Origin: Antedon mediterranea
Lineage: Eukaryota; Animalia; Echinodermata
Assembly (NCBI RefSeq): GCF_964355755.1
Contig: NC_092675.1
Coordinates: 22,602,912-22,666,911 of the forward strand
DNA length: 64,000 nt
Direction of reading: 5' to 3'
The notes below the pieces were generated by a model. That model saw nothing but the letters and a program-made list of their open reading frames with translations. It was not told where the DNA came from and searched no databases. The position numbers were made by a program, and so were the translations under genes. Of the stretch, positions 12,818 to 24,258 are shown piece after piece. Within the stretch, counting starts at the first letter, position 1. Each line of letters begins with the position of its first letter.

Positions 12818-13356
12818 CTTTGATAATAAATAATGAATGTTTATGTGTGCAATGGTACAAATAATTTCACATCAGAATGAAATTATTTGTTCTATTGCAC
12901 GAATATAATTATTTGTTTTATAACACACCTAAACAAAACGGAATTGCAGTCATATTCTACAACACCATTGCATTTTCGATGATGTAATTAAGTGATAGAA
13001 TATTTATTGAATATCATGTGATCTACACTCCTCCAATTAAATGACAAGAATCTGTTTTATAAGGGTATTTGCATACCCAGAAGCAAAGAAATTGAAGTTG
13101 CAACAAGAATAATTTATAATTTCAAATATTCAAAGAAATAAATACCATTGAAGCTCTAATAAAAATTAAAATCTGTGGCTTGTGACTTTAGTATGCTAAT
13201 CGGTTACAGTACCTTAAACTTTTCTAACTGTATTGACGGTAGGTGGTGTTCATTAAAACAAAATTTATACTACTGTATATAAAACATAATTAATTAATAT
13301 TAATTAAATAAATGCTAGAATAATACTGCTGATTTGAATGGTCTTATAGCACTTAC

Positions 13357-13456
13357 TTGTGGCTACAAGGAATTGATTATTTAAACCAGGATGATCAACA
13401 TCATGAATAGCACCTCCAAATATAGCAGCCAATATCTCCAAATCCGTGAAGACATT
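13357..13456 (-). CDS. PDE4: PDE4 catalytic exon, 100 nt (HD motif)
   Basis: ttttag|[33 protein letters not shown]|gtaagt; HDVDHPG is the class I PDE signature. Confidence 0.97.
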
Positions 13457-13580
13457 CTAAAAATAGAACCAATAGAATTAATGTAAACATCTACATTTTG
13501 ATAGTGAAAGTGTTGTATGTAACAAAACTGAAATATAAAAAGTTGTGTGTAGTATCATACAAACAATAAATGTTTATGAG

Positions 13581-13758
13581 TAAAGCTCTGTCTACAATAT
13601 CAAACAAAGTTTGACAAAAAGAAGTGTGATGTGCCCAAATATGGTAGTGATATGCCCGGATATGGTAGTGATATGCCCGGATATGGTAGTGATATGACAT
13701 CATCATGTCCATTATGGGCACATCACATCACAAGTTTCATAGTGTAGACATAGCTTTA
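13581..13758. mobile_element. Short palindromic MITE family F1 (Harbinger-like) with internal 21-bp tandem expansion
   Basis: TIR AGCTCTGTCTACA.TATCAAAC / AGTGTAGACATAGCT; about three copies of ATATGGTAGTGATATGCCCGG. Other copies at 6014 (partial), 21546 (deleted), 23188, 37471, 59439. Confidence 0.85.
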
Positions 13759-14207
13759 GAAATGTAGAGGTTTTTTGTTGTTTTTAGGAGGTCAATGATT
13801 GATTCTTCTATTCAACGAGATTAGGCCGAGTTCAATAAGAAAGTCACACTTTTTCAAAAACATTAATTATTAGTTATATAACACATCTACTGTTCTAAAA
13901 TTAACTTTTGTTCAATTAACTGGTTCCATCTTTATTTATGCGACGAAGGCATTGTAAAAAAAGAGGAACCTCTAGGAAATCGGCAGAGCAGATGACAGCA
14001 AACACTACAGGTTGGATATTTATTATATATTATATAACAAAATTCTCAACAAAATAAATGTTTACAAACTGCTGAGCATGCAATAGTACCTTTAATCATT
14101 AAAATGGAAGAAAATTATATCCACAGGGCATGTGATATGAAATCAACCAAGCAATCAAAAATGTGGAATAGAATATAATAAATTAAAAAATAATGAAAAT
14201 TAGAAAC

Positions 14208-14372
14208 CTCAAGAGCAGGAGCTCGTAATAAATAGTTAATAGATTGTACAACATCAGCAGCATGGACTTGATTATGGTATTTAATATTCTTCTTATAATG
14301 ATCTTCTAATGTCATCAGGTAAGTCACCAACGTCTTTCCAGGTATTTGAAACGTCTTCAGTAAACCTCGCTC
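14208..14372 (-). CDS. PDE4: PDE4 catalytic exon, 165 nt (YHN..H motif)
   Basis: ttttcag|[55 protein letters not shown]|gtttct. Confidence 0.96.
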
Positions 14373-14479
14373 CTGAAAATTAAAAAATAATTAATTATCG
14401 TCCGAAACATCTTTAAAGAGGAAACATATTGCTGCGAATTTCAAGCAAATTGTCAATGCTGCAAATTGTCTATGCTGTA

Positions 14480-15040
14480 AAAAAATAACCGGTTATTAAC
14501 CATGTCAATAAATTAACAAAAATTTTTTGACAGCACAAACACGAAAAATGTTTAGTAACCGGTTAAATGGCAGCTTGACAATAATAGGTAAAAACACCCA
14601 ATCGTTTCAGTGTTAAAACCTGTTATTGCTTTGCAACTTTTAGCTGAAACACAAAATAATGGTTATTTGATTGAAAGCTGCAACTACAAAACATTGCAGT
14701 AACAATTGAATTGACCACCAGAGATCATGCATTTTGGGTAATAAAGCTAAGGACTTCTGTCGACAATCACCAACGATTTAAATATTATTTAGCCGAAATA
14801 CAGTCGATATAAAATTATATATTTCAAATCTTTTTTGATTTATTTGGCGCTATGCTGCAGACATCGGACGCATATACTATTTAACCATTTATTTAATTGT
14901 ACCAGAAACAGGCCACAATAAAATGGAGGCAATTTATTCAGACACTTCAGCAGAAACAGACCATGAGAGAAAGGAGGTAATTTATTCACACACTATTTAA
15001 CAAGTTATATTAATTGTAGTAGAAACAGGTCACAAGCAAA
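14480..15040. mobile_element. Interspersed DNA-transposon-like repeat F2
   Basis: GGTTAAATGGCAGC..AAAAACACCC..GGTTATTTGATTGA.AGCTG..GCATTTTGGGTAA shared with 33735-34080 and, inverted, 57801-58228; repeated CAGAAACAGGCC-like motifs at 14900-15035. Confidence 0.65.
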
Positions 15041-17919
15041 TGGAGTCTTACTCTACAACACAGATTTTGAAAAAATAGTGTTTAATTCAAAATGATGTAA
15101 AAAAAAACCAAAATATGGTATTTGCCAGTGGATATCATATTATATATTTTTTTAAAATGCTGAGGTATTCTTTTTCTGCTTCCATTTTAAAAATAAACAA
15201 AATAATAATATGAACTACAAAATATAACTTATAACACTTTAAATTAGGAATGCCAGCATAGTAAATTGAGATGTACGCTTCGTTGTCTTGGGCAATTACT
15301 CAGATTCTCGCTAAGTATTCTAGTAGGACAGGCATCCATCACTTGCCGTCTATTTTAGTGATTTGTTGTTGAGAGCCCACACATTGGTCAAATCTGGCTG
15401 TATTAAGTCTCTTATATTAATACCCTGGTACTCTTTAGCTCAGCAACTAGTTACCATTAACAATGTAATGACCTTTTAAAAGCCTGTTACAAACAAGATA
15501 ACATTCATACTTGGGAATTAAATTAATGGTTATTTATATCCCTGTACAATATTTACTATTACAGTGCTGTGAGTTCAACTATAAATGATGAAATTATGTA
15601 CTGTATACAAACCATACTGTACCTCGTTAACTGAAAACAATAAATCAAAGTTGCAATTTTAAAATCAAACTTGATACTACAAACAATGAATAACCGTTTA
15701 TTTTAAAATAGATTAAAAAATATTTTGAAATCAACCACAATTCTTCTTTTTTGTTTGAGCTTCCAAAAAAGTAGGTAATTGTCAACGAAAAACATTTACC
15801 CACAATGAAAAGCAGTCAAAGATTCAAAATACAGCAGTTGAATCAGGATCAATCAAGTACTTTGTTGTTTTGGGTAAAAGTTGCACTGTTCAGTTAACCT
15901 GTTATGGTGTTTCACAACCTATCAGGTGTTTTTACCTGTTATTTAGCCAAGAAATTGGGAGTAATTTATTTTTTCATGATTATTTAAACATTTTTCTCAG
16001 AGAGCAGAAACGGATGGTCCCTTAATGTACCCTGGTGCTGACCCCATACCCTGATCCACTTCTTCTGAGGCTCTTACTACTGACAGTAGGAAACTAGTAT
16101 GATAATTTATAAACAATTTTATTCCACAAAATACTGAGGATACATATTGTCTGTTGACAAGGATTGCCATGTAAATAAAGAAATGTTTTTTTAATGCCAA
16201 ATAAGATAAGTCATAAACATATGAAATTATAATCTTCTCAAGTTTCAAATTGAAGCTGATGATGACATTCAATACTTGATTTAAAGCGAGAAAAATACTG
16301 ACAATAAAATATTTCAATGTATTATTTTATTAGAAATATTTCATATTAAAAAGAAAAACATATTAAGAAATTAACATAAAAAAAGTTTCTTCTTGATAGT
16401 CACTGGCCGTAGTGTTATAGCATACTTATTAGTTGGGCTTTAATAAATAAACAAGGCTATTATATTTACAAAATGTCAAAAATTGCAGGAAAAGTGTCTT
16501 TATTTATTCAACCAAAAATACATATTTATGTCACTAGTCTAGTACCACACTCTACCAAATTTTTGTTTGGAGAAGTTTAGAAATCCTGTCTATACTACTG
16601 GAGGTTAGCTGTGTCCACCTGGACTGCAAAGCACAAAATGACTGTTGATTCACTGAGTTTAAGAAGGTGCACGGTTTAATGTTCACAAACTAGTTTTCTG
16701 TTGTTTACCAATATCAACTGGTCTCCACTAACAAACTTTGGACAAATTTCTAAACTAAAATTATTATTATTATTAAAAAGTTTGCTCAAGTATGTAGACT
16801 TTAATGGAACATGTTCTCATAATCGCGTTGAGCATAGCTCATCGTCGACGCGATTATTAGATCATGTTCCGAATATGAGCACTGTTTCAATAATTTGAGA
16901 GTATGATTTATATATAATTTACACAGTGCTACGCAACACAATTGATTTATCATATATATAAATCCAAAGGCAAAATACAGAAAAAATGACAATGCTGTGG
17001 GTATCAGTGGCTGGATCTCAATGGATATACAAAAAAAAAAGCGAAAAGCTAAATCAAAACGATAAAGTAAAACAGCCAGAAAAGTTAGCAGAGCTTTCGG
17101 GCAACACTAGCCCTTCATCAGTGCAAGTGAAGATACTCATTATCCTTTAGAACGTTAAAAATGAGTAGGCGGCAGCAATATGGAAATTTATGTACATGAT
17201 TGTAAACATGATCACTTTTGGCAGTTCGACAAGTAAACATAATAAAATAGAAATATTCTATTGTTGTCAAAAACTAAATGTCAGAATAGAAGAGAGGATG
17301 GGGCATTACATTTGTACAGTGTGTTGTGCATGGTTGGCTGCTTCTCAAAACTGAATTGGAATTCACTCTGTAGCCTTCAGCTATAATATCTATGGTAATG
17401 TGAAGATGCCATTAAATCTGATGTCTTACAAGACTAAAGCAATTAAACATAATCATATTTAGATCAAGTTTCATTTATTTTCTGTTTAATTGAAATTTTA
17501 TTTTATTAGGTATACAAGAAAGGGTCCTTTTTCTAGCTTTTGCAATATTCTACAAAGGTTTTTCATTTCAAAATATTGGTAAAATTTATATTTTACAACA
17601 AATATTCAAAGATTTTGTTTGTTTTCTTGGTGGTGATTTGTCTGAAATGCTATTGCAAAAAAGAATCCCAAAGAAACATATTTAACTTAAGGAAAAATCA
17701 ACACTTAAATGATCTAAAAGTTGAAACCAATTTTTCGGACTGATAGATGTTAAATTATAGAACTCAACTTACTTTTGCTGTAAAAGAAAATGCTAAATAT
17801 AAATATCTGCAAACTTACCAAGTAATAATTAGTGACAACTGATGGATGATAAATTATACAATTGTAACTCATAAAAGCAATCTTGACTTTATTGTAAATA
17901 AAAAATGTGTATAACTTAC

Positions 17920-18018
17920 TTGTAATAAGTTATAGGTGACAACTGTAAGCGGTCTACAATTTGTCAGTTCATTAACTTTGAAAATATCAAATGACCATTT
18001 CTCAACATTTTCCATTTC
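17920..18018 (-). CDS. PDE4: PDE4 catalytic N-terminal exon, 99 nt
   Basis: ttttcag|EMENVEKWSFDIFKVNELTNCRPLTVVTYNLLQ|gtaagt; matches the PDE4 ELE..NKWGL.IF......RPLT segment. Confidence 0.93.
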
Positions 18019-18461
18019 CTGAAAAACATAATTAAAAAACGTGAATTAAAACAATTGAAATACTGTCTATTAAAATATAAAAACAATTTTTATAACAATT
18101 TATTTATCTATTCCTTTCAGTGAAACATAAAAATTGGGCAATGAGGAGAGACAGGTCGGAGAGACAAAAGCTGTCACAGACAACTATCGCCAAATTTAAG
18201 TAAGAATAAGATACAAAAAATCATGTTGAGTTTGTCGGCTGAAAGTATATATGCTAGATATCAGACATTCACACTAATTTAATATAGTTTTGGAACAAAT
18301 TTATCTCTACGATAGAGCATACATCTCAACTGATAAGTGTCTGCTTTATGGCAGATTTGAGCTGTCAACTGCACATTTTTGCATACAGATCTTTACGTTA
18401 ATGGTAGGGCTAATAATCAATCTGCATGAAAATTGAACTGAGTAAAAATAAAAAATCTTAC

Positions 18462-18685
18462 TTTATCAAGCTGTTCTTGTTTTGTAACAAGAATGCCATA
18501 CTTTGGTAAATCTTCTTCCAAAACACTATCATGGTGCTTGAGTTTCTGTATTCCCTTAATTTTACTCATGTCATTGCCTCGTTTGATGTTCTTCTGATGG
18601 TTAATATTCTTTTGTGTGTTATGAGTAGGAGAAACGGCATTTTCTCGATTATGCTGGATAGGTAAGTCAATTTCTCGTTCCTTGT
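18462..18685 (-). CDS. PDE4: PDE4 linker region 2 exon, 224 nt
   Basis: tttcag|(D)KEREIDLPIQHNRENAVSPTH...MSKIKGIQKLKHHDSVLEEDLPKYGILVTKQEQLDK|gtaaga; open frame with phases matching both neighbours. Confidence 0.9.
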
Positions 18686-20278
18686 CTGAAACAAGATAAT
18701 TTCCTGATTAATCATAAAATCATTTAACTAAACGGTACTGGGTTTGTAGCATTCTAACAAAATATGATGAAGACATCAAAATTGTGTTTTAGAGTAACAA
18801 CTCATTAATACTTGAAATGAAGTCATAGGCCTACAAAATGTTGCATTCAATATATAACATAAATCTTTTTTTGTTCAGAGTTAATATCTCTCTATATGCG
18901 AAGAGGATGTTTTGCAGTAAAGTGCGATTTCGTGGAGTAAAATGTATTTCATAAAAGTAGTGATTCTATAAAACTCTTAAAGATAGTCGAAATATATATT
19001 TATACGAAAAAAATATTGTACTTTTGTAGTATCGACTCACTTGACTTTGTTATTTATCTAAATTAATTCCTTTTATTATCTTATACCAATTTTATAGAAA
19101 AAAGGCAAACATTACGAATTCAATAATATAATAAAATAAAAACCTAGGATGTCAAGGATGCTTATATTTTCTGAAATTTTGTTTTCACTGATAGTTATGA
19201 AACGTATCTATGATTAACTCAAATCTATTGTATTGGATTTTACAGTTTATAGGCAATGCATCGTTGATTTTGGATTAAATTACAAAATCATTACAGAACA
19301 GCAGCATAATCATCATTCCTTGTAATGTAACTCATTTTTATTAGATAAAGACAAACATACAGTAAATGTCAACTCAGTGCTTTTCAACAATTTTTCATAA
19401 AAAATTATTCTTTCTAAATATTCTTGAATCTGTTGCGTCCGTGTGTTTTAATATTATAACCATTTTAGGCATGACAATTTATGTACGCAAGATGGCAAAT
19501 TGTCATTGCATGGTTGATTCGCATTATAAATATTAAAAATTTATTTCTGCTCATTTGAAACGTTGTCTGCTATATTTCTTTTCTGTATTTAACGCATAGT
19601 ACTAAATATGAGCTACTAAAAGTCTATTTATTCAGATGCCGATGTATGTTGATCATAAAAAGCAGTTAAATCTAGGTTGTGTCTGCCTTTAACAGTTTAG
19701 ACAAATCTCATATAAGTAATAATAGTATTAAACCCTGGAGATAATACATTTTGCGTCACTTTTAAAAGCTGGGTTATTTTTAGAACATGGGTTAAATAGA
19801 GCGGTATAGTTACCGATGATAAATATGCACATTACTAATAAAAATAGACTATTTAATTCATTTTTCATACCTAATAATATACCTCAAGCTTTATAATCTA
19901 CACTATGGTTGATACTGTGTGGACTAATAACCCCATGGTAGTATTACTTATATTTTGAGGCAGTTTACTAATAAACTTGATATTTGGTGAGTGAGATCAG
20001 TACATTATGAGTTTGAGGAACTTCTGGAAACAGAGGTTAAAGTAATTGAATATAAAATTAATTTCTATTTGTTAATGCATGAATGGAAAGTCAACACATG
20101 CTGATTTCACCTAAAAGTCAATTTCTGCTTGATCAGTATTGAGTGTGTTTCGTATTAAACCTGTGACGCAAACTCAAAGGCAATTTCCATATATTAACAT
20201 AGATACCTCTACCATGAATTGAAAAGATAAAGATTTAGATAAATTTTGTTCGCACTGAATAAAACTTTTTTCATTAAG

Positions 20279-20507
20279 CAAGCTTGTAGGCAGGGGGGTC
20301 CGAACCCCGCTTTTCCTAAAGTGCGCTTTCAAACTAGACTATGCATATAGGCCTAGCCAACTTTTTGTTTATTCTGTAGTATAGCCAGCAGGCTAGAAAA
20401 AAACAAGATAGTCTCATAAAATAGCTAATAATCCTGCCACTTCCAGTGTATTTTCAATTGCCACCCGAAAAAAGAACCCTCCTGTAAAAATTCTGCCTAC
20501 GTGTTTG
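20279..20507. mobile_element. hAT-like MITE remnant
   Basis: CAAGCTTGTAGGCAG ... CTGCCTACGTGTTTG inverted ends with G/C-run subterminal motifs; no clear target duplication. Confidence 0.4.
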
Positions 20508-21310
20508 TTCAAGTCAAGTCAAGTCAAGTATCATTTATTATCATTTGTTTTAGGAAAAACATAGAAATTTCTGTTTGCTCTGTTGGCGGAGGACAATATC
20601 CAACGGACACAACACGAACTCAAAAACAAAAACATGTATTCTATTGAATATTATCTATTTTTCCAATACTGAATTGTTTCAAAACCATATTAAACTACAA
20701 ATTTATTATACAAAAAAAAAGAAGCCCAGGAAAATATCAAGCTAATGACAATCCACTGAGATGCCATTCTGTTGAATGCAGCTGGCTGGAATTCTGTACT
20801 AAGCTTGCTGCAGTTTCTATGCTTTAAGATGCCCTTTCTGCCAGAAAGACTACGAACAAAACCTACCCCTGTGCCCCGCTCGGTTTTATGGCATTGAATT
20901 GTACATTGTAGATAATTTAAAGGGGCTTTAGTGATATGGTCCGGTCTATGGATAGTGCTAGTCAATGTTGAACAAGTCAAACAGGTTCGGATATTCAATG
21001 GTTACCAAAAAAAAAATGAAGTCAATATTCAAGTATATAAACACTAAAGTTTATAAATGCCATTTGATTGGTCGATTGTGCTGTGCATTAGATGGATGTA
21101 TCCTCATAGGAATAGGTGATACATTGAACATCCAAGCTGTAGTAAGTGTGTGCAAGCCAAATTCCGAGTACCATATTTGTTTTTCAAGGTTGGGTCTAGT
21201 CTTTGACATCCAGTAGGTGTGTTTTAAAACAATGAATGATTTGTATTCATGGAATGCATAGATAGTTTTCATGTAATACATTACATGTAATACATTATAT
21301 TATTTCTTAC

Positions 21311-21404
21311 CGAGAAAAGTTTGAAATAAATATTCCGATACTTGATTTCCTGATTTACTTGCCTCTGATGATGAAGTGAGTTCTCTTCGTAACATTCGCT
21401 TAAA
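21311..21404 (-). CDS. PDE4: PDE4 UCR2 C-terminal exon, 94 nt
   Basis: tacag|[31 protein letters not shown](D)|gtaaga. Confidence 0.95.
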
Positions 21405-21601
21405 CTGTATCACAAACAAAAACAGATAATATAGAAATCAAGAATATTAGAAAGAAATATATAGATATAGCCAAACTCATTTGTAGAGTGTAAATACGAT
21501 GAATGGGATGGATGGCCTCAACTTTCCTGTCCGAGTTGACAGTGTTAAGCTCTGTCTACACTATCACGAGCTTTAGGAATAGATACAATGTTGTGACATA
21601 C

Positions 21602-21717
21602 CTTACTTGTGGCCATATCACTAACAGACCTGTGTGTTTGCATAGTTTCTAGCTGTTCCATACACCAGTCTAATTCCTCTAAAGTATCTGATGCAAGCTT
21701 CTGAAGTGGCTCATCCA
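21602..21717 (-). CDS. PDE4: PDE4 UCR2 N-terminal exon, 116 nt
   Basis: ttttag|(M)[38 protein letters not shown]|gtatgt; LEELDWC motif. Confidence 0.95.
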
Positions 21718-21770
21718 CTAAAATAAAAACAAAATAATTTATCATAATACACATATTTCATCTTCATGTA

Positions 21771-22002
21771 AAAGAAGGCAATGGACATCAATGTTAACAC
21801 CTGGGAAAAAAAGGCTGATGACAGAAAATCATGGAAAGATTGTATTAAGGCAGGACTTGTACACAGCGAAGATGAAAAATGAAGAGAGGTATCTGAAAAG
21901 AAAATCTAGATCAGCCACTGGAACTCACACAGACTCACTGGATAACTGATGACATTCTCCCCAATGTTGTCTCCATAGTCAATTTTGACTGAAGGATGCC
22001 TG
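21771..22002 (+). mobile_element. RTE-type LINE 3' fragment
   Basis: Reads KAMDINVNTWEKKADDRKSWKDCIKAG, the W...A.DR..W motif after RTE reverse transcriptases; ends in CCATAGTC...GACTGAAGGATGCC. Confidence 0.6.
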
Positions 22003-22588
22003 ATTGAATGACATTTTCACAATATTCATTCTAAAATAAATAAATTTTAAAGAACAGAATATTTATTTTCTTGCACAATGTAATTATGAGTTTAAAAAAC
22101 CTTTAAAATTCATCTAATTAAGAATAAAATGTGTTTGTATTTTTTTTTCAATTCATTATTTAGGCATGATGTCATGATGGCCAAATACAGAAGTTTTAAT
22201 CAATTGTCTTTATAGGTGCCATACACAAGATGCTCTACATATTAAACAAGTCTGCATATAAAATAAAGTCTTTGAGATTGGAGTTGTTTGATTGTGAAAA
22301 AAAAATTGTGACATCAAAGTGGTTCAGAAGTCGAGCTCTACAAAATCTAGATTTTGAAAGATTCATGAATAAACACCTTTAAACATTCAATAGAAAGTTA
22401 CTAAATTAATTTGGTTGTTTATTAATATCCTTCCATCCATCAACCTGTCCACACCACCACCCACATTTTCACTCACATATCTAATTGTCCACATTCACCC
22501 ACACAATGACAACCTACAAATACAATTTGTTCGTTCTTTCTTCATCTTACAGACTAATTTATTTTAATAAATAGTAGACATGAGTGAG

Positions 22589-22966
22589 TGAGTGTGACCA
22601 AGCGGTTAAGACAGTGGAACCGTAATCCATAGCCTTAACATCGGCAAGGGTTCGAGGCTCACTCGCTCCATGGTTCTGGTGGTAGAACAAGTCTTCTCGG
22701 ATAAGGACTATAAACCATAGGTCCAGTATACATCTGGCTCATGTGCACTTTAAAGAACCTAGTACATCTTTCGAGACAAGTAGGGGGTTACCCCGGTGTA
22801 CTAGTTCATACATAAACACTGTCGTGGACAGACGTAATGGCGCCGTAGTTGGCTGCCGATGACACGATGTGACCCTTAGGGGAGAAGAATGTTGTTGAAA
22901 AGATGTAATATCTAAGTCTACAGCGCCTTTGATCACTAATTGTTGCTGGAATTGGCGCTTTAATTC

Positions 22967-22967
<1 letters not shown>
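22589..22967 (+). mobile_element. tRNA-derived Deu-domain SINE (copy 2)
   Basis: TGACCAAGCGGTTAAG A-box, GGTTCGAGGCT B-box, conserved central body, microsatellite tail. Confidence 0.8.

Positions 22968-23013
<46 letters not shown>
22968..23013. repeat. (TA)n microsatellite at the SINE tail
   Basis: About 23 TA units. Confidence 0.95.
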
Positions 23014-23018
<5 letters not shown>

Positions 23019-23187
23019 ATTATTAATTAATAAATATATTATTGTATTGTTGTAAACTTTTTGACCTGACAATCGTACATAAGAGACTAGTTTTGTTAAT
23101 TTGTCAGATTCAGAATTATGATTTACAATATATATGCTGCATCAAAAAGTGTACTGTATGTTTGTAAGCTTAGTCTTTCTGAAGTTC

Positions 23188-23323
23188 TAAAGCTCTGTCC
23201 TACAATATCAAACTATATGTGACAAAAAATAAAATGTAATGTGCCCATATATGGACATGATGATGTCATATCACTACCACGTCACATTTTGTCAAACTAG
23301 TTTGATAGTGTAGACAGAGCTTT
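23188..23323. mobile_element. MITE family F1 copy
   Basis: AAGCTCTGTCCTACAATATCAAAC ... GTTTGATAGTGTAGACAGAGCTT. Confidence 0.85.
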
Positions 23324-23454
23324 AGATTGAAATTATTTGATCAGTTACAGTTCTTATACTATTATTGCTGTTTGAGACTGTTTTTAGTGTAGACATATTG
23401 TAGACATTTAAATATTTATGATGACATTTTCAAAAGCCTATATACATCACTTAC

Positions 23455-23507
23455 TTGATGAAGTTGCTGGCTTTGAGCTAGACAGATTTGGCATTCTTGG
23501 CGACTGT
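23455..23507 (-). CDS. PDE4: PDE4 linker region 1 exon, 53 nt
   Basis: tttag|(R)QSPRMPNLSSSKPATSS|gtaagt; the phase 2 to phase 1 exon required to keep the frame between UCR1 and UCR2. Confidence 0.85.
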
Positions 23508-24147
23508 CTAAATAAAAATGAAAACAAAAAAATGAATCATAAATTTACAGGTATGTTGTTATACAAAAACTTTAAATAAATTGTTAAAAACGCATGCTTC
23601 CGATACCAGACAAGTCGACAATGCAACATGTGCCAAGGGCATGGTGTCTCAATCCCAGAATTGAATACAAGCTAGAGATAAAAAGCTAGTTTAATAACTG
23701 TACATCGCATTTTTTTTGTTTTTTTTAGCAGCACCACATTTATAAAGATCGGATCTAATTAGTTAAATCATCAACTGACATCCTCTTTTAAACAATTTCA
23801 TTTGGATACAAAATAAATAATGAATGTAGGAGTAAAAGTGTTGTTGATCTATTTATGTTTTTTTGCACTTAATTATTTACTCATTATTGAATCAACCAAA
23901 AGAAATTTTTTTGAATAAATTAACTATATATCCTGAAGAAAACAATCAAGTTTAAATGAAGTTATATTAATTAGATTAAGGTTATAATTAATTAGAAAGC
24001 AGAAATACATAGTTATCCTTCTGAGGGAATCAAGTGAGCCAGTATAACGGTTCAATATTCATATATAAAGCTTCCCATAATTCCACTCTAAAGTTCATAT
24101 AATAAAGTTCATTGCAATAAGTTTGTTCCAATAAAATAGACACATAC

Positions 24148-24258
24148 CTATTTGAGTTAGCAGGTATACCAGTGATGGCGATATAGTTTTTACGTACATT
24201 CCGTAAACTTGCTAGAATTTGTGCAAAAGGTGTTACTATAACATCCTCATTATTATGT
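24148..24258 (-). CDS. PDE4: PDE4 UCR1 C-terminal exon, 111 nt
   Basis: ttctag|(S)HNNEDVIVTPFAQILASLRNVRKNYIAITGIPANSN|gtatgt; IVTPFAQ.LASLR motif. Confidence 0.95.

Noticed and set aside
13491-13721. ORF with YHYHIRA repeats
   Set aside because: Translation of the 21-bp tandem repeat inside MITE F1.
15997-16090. Possible alternative terminal exon (RASEEVDQGMGSAPGY...)
   Set aside because: Available acceptors give the wrong phase after the 99-nt exon, and there is no recognisable homology.
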